A stretch of 64,000 bases of DNA from Candidatus Bathyarchaeota archaeon (GTDB lineage Archaea > Thermoproteota > Bathyarchaeia > Bathyarchaeales > Bathycorpusculaceae), in contig OY970280.1 in assembly GCA_963715865.1 (NCBI GenBank), positions 160,001 to 224,000 on the forward strand. Reading direction: 5' to 3'. This document shows, one piece after another, positions 62,417 to 64,000 of this stretch. Position numbers and translations under genes: made by a program. The notes beneath the pieces are model-generated. The model had not been told where the DNA came from. It saw nothing but the letters and a program-made list of their open reading frames with translations, and did not search any database. The number at the start of each line of letters is the position of its first letter. The stretch's first letter is position 1.

Positions 62417-62602
62417 ATGAGCAAAAAAGAGCCTCATCAGCCTCACACGTTGGGAGCGCCGTCATCTCAAGAGATACCAGTGAGTGGAATATCACCAAGC
62501 CATATTCCTTGTCCAGACTGCGGCAAAACCTTCAAGACCAACTCGGAGATGGAGAGACACAGAGATACAACGCACCATGAAACAAAAGGACACGAGCTCT
62601 AA
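62417..62602 (+). CDS. Small C2H2 zinc-finger protein
   Basis: CPDCGKTFKTNSEMERHRDTTH. Confidence 0.7.
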   Translation: MSKKEPHQPHTLGAPSSQEIPVSGISPSHIPCPDCGKTFKTNSEMERHRDTTHHETKGHEL

Positions 62603-62837
62603 TCACTAGGTTCAAACCCCACAGAATTTGCTATGTCGAATGAATGCGAGCCACTGAGAACCACATTAAACTCTACTCCAGAGAACTTGGACGTAACTCT
62701 TTGATACGAGACCCCGCTTCTCAAAATAGGCTTTTCAATTTAGGGGCAAACTAGCGCGCCCGACCGTCATGCTAGTTTCAAGAGTGCATGGTCGGCAAAT
62801 CAATCTCGCATACTCGTTTCCGACTATAATTTTTTGC

Positions 62838-62983
62838 GAGGGGTAACTTTTCTTGTCTTTTTTACCCCTCAAACTATTATTTGTTAATTTATGAGGGGTA
62901 ACTTTTCATATGTTTTTTTACCCCTAATAGTATTATTTTAATTAATTTACAGGGGGTAAGTTTTCTATTGTTTCTTACTCCTC
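62838..62983. repeat. Three tandem ~56 bp units, each a 9 bp inverted repeat around a 15-16 nt spacer
   Basis: gaggggtaa...ttacccctc at 62838, 62893 and 62951, with AT-rich linkers. Confidence 0.88.
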
Positions 62984-63330
62984 ATACCATTACCTAACCA
63001 TTATAATTCTTCAATTACCTACCATACCTTCTACTTAACACCCAAACTTTAGGGATAGGTCGTTTTTGTGTGTGTGTGTGGGACTAAATTTTAGTCTTTC
63101 TCTCTCTCTGTTACTGACGACTACTGACGACTACGACTAAACTCAAACTCTAACCTAACCACTACCCCCTTCTCTCTCACACCCACCCCTCCGCACAACA
63201 CACCACACACCGCACCCGCATGCGTGAATAATGTCAGTCATTGTCTCCCTGTCTGTCAGTCTGTCTCAGTCTGTCAATCAGTTACACAACAAACAAAACA
63301 CATAACACACCAAACCGCACAAAAAAGGAA
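62984..63330. repeat. Strand-biased low-complexity non-coding tract
   Basis: (tg)n, (ct)n, actgacgact x2, (ac/cac)n and tgtcag-like micro-repeats; no ORF. Confidence 0.7.
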
Positions 63331-63399
63331 GATGATAGTACTGTTACCTCCTCGGTTTTGAACTTAATCTCGTTCCATCATCTTCTGCATTTTTCTCAG

Positions 63400-63910
63400 C
63401 CTTGAACCAAGGTCTTTTTGGAGCTCGATTATTTTTGCTTCTGCCAACCAGAACGAGCAGAAACACTCACTGAACATGCTTGAGAAGACGAAGCTGATTC
63501 TCAAACAGTCTGCGGCCAGATTGAGAAGCGTGATAGCTGACAGCCAATACAGCGACAGCAAACTAAGAAACGCAGTCGACAAAACAGTAATTCCATACCG
63601 GGCAAACCAGAAGCGAGACGTTGAAGGCTTGCTGAGGGTGGATAAGAAGTTTCGAACCTACGGGCCAGAAGACCCGAAAAGAAAGTATCATAAGAGGCCG
63701 CGTATAGAAGCGGTCTACAGCTTCCTAAAGACACAGTACAGCATGACCACGAACAAAGTCAGAGGCTTAGGAAACGTTGCATGCTACGCGTTGTACAGTA
63801 TGCTGTGCTTGGTTCTGAACAGAGAAGCAGCAGAAAACCTTGAAAGACCAGACAAAACCGTCTCACCAACCTACTTCAACACATAATAAAGGGACAAGCC
63901 AGCGCGCTAG
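63400..63910 (+). mobile_element. 5'-truncated IS4/IS5-like DDE transposase with right end
   Basis: ORF 63476..63886: VIADSQYS, VIPY, YHKRPRIEAVYSFLK, KVRG; right end is shared with the 13238 remnant. Confidence 0.85.
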
Positions 63911-64000
63911 AAGGTAATTTGAAATTCACGGAGAGCAGACTATTGCAGCTTTCACAGTAGGGCGTGCTTTTAGCTTATTTTCTTATTCGAAAAATTTTTC

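Noticed and set aside
62838-62983. Possible mini-CRISPR array
   Set aside because: The intervening segments are short and similar to one another rather than unique spacers, and no cas genes are present
1527-63734. Many antisense or alternative-frame ORFs in the supplied track (e.g. 14011..14445, 46410..46844, 48338..49060, 61111..61569)
   Set aside because: They shadow well-supported genes and carry no recognisable motifs

Overview
AT-rich (~40% GC by eye) archaeal DNA. TFS, archaeal class I aldolase, archaeal PGK remnants and an FrhB-family gene support this; a Bathyarchaeia-like host is my inference from gene style (DUF5752, small ArsR/wHTH, PRC-barrel genes). No core translation or replication genes, full tRNA, rRNA or CRISPR were found; the window is a rearranged accessory region. 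(1) 1-25 kb: glycogen/glucose-to-lactate cluster (GH15, sugar porter, GT4, YHS-fused glucan phosphorylase, PGM/PMM, bacterial-type PfkA, Fba, Pgk remnants, dPGM, Pyk, D-LDH-like enzyme), interleaved with ion-homeostasis genes (CPA1 antiporter, K+ channel with a non-canonical filter, P3A H+-ATPase). Several of these genes are disrupted. (2) 25-42 kb: small genes and remnants, three copies of a tRNA-T-arm-containing ~48 bp repeat, an FrhB-CBS fusion, and a membrane-tethered wHTH regulator locus with two matching operators. (3) 45-53 kb: intact urease island, ureABC-orfX-ureEFGD, divergent from a urea transporter plus Amt, with a perfect palindrome between the two TATA boxes. (4) 53-64 kb: TFS, split polX, catalase/PerR, att-like remnants, a triple inverted-repeat array and an IS remnant. 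Many genes recur as diverged duplicates. All family calls come from motif recognition by eye, not database searches.
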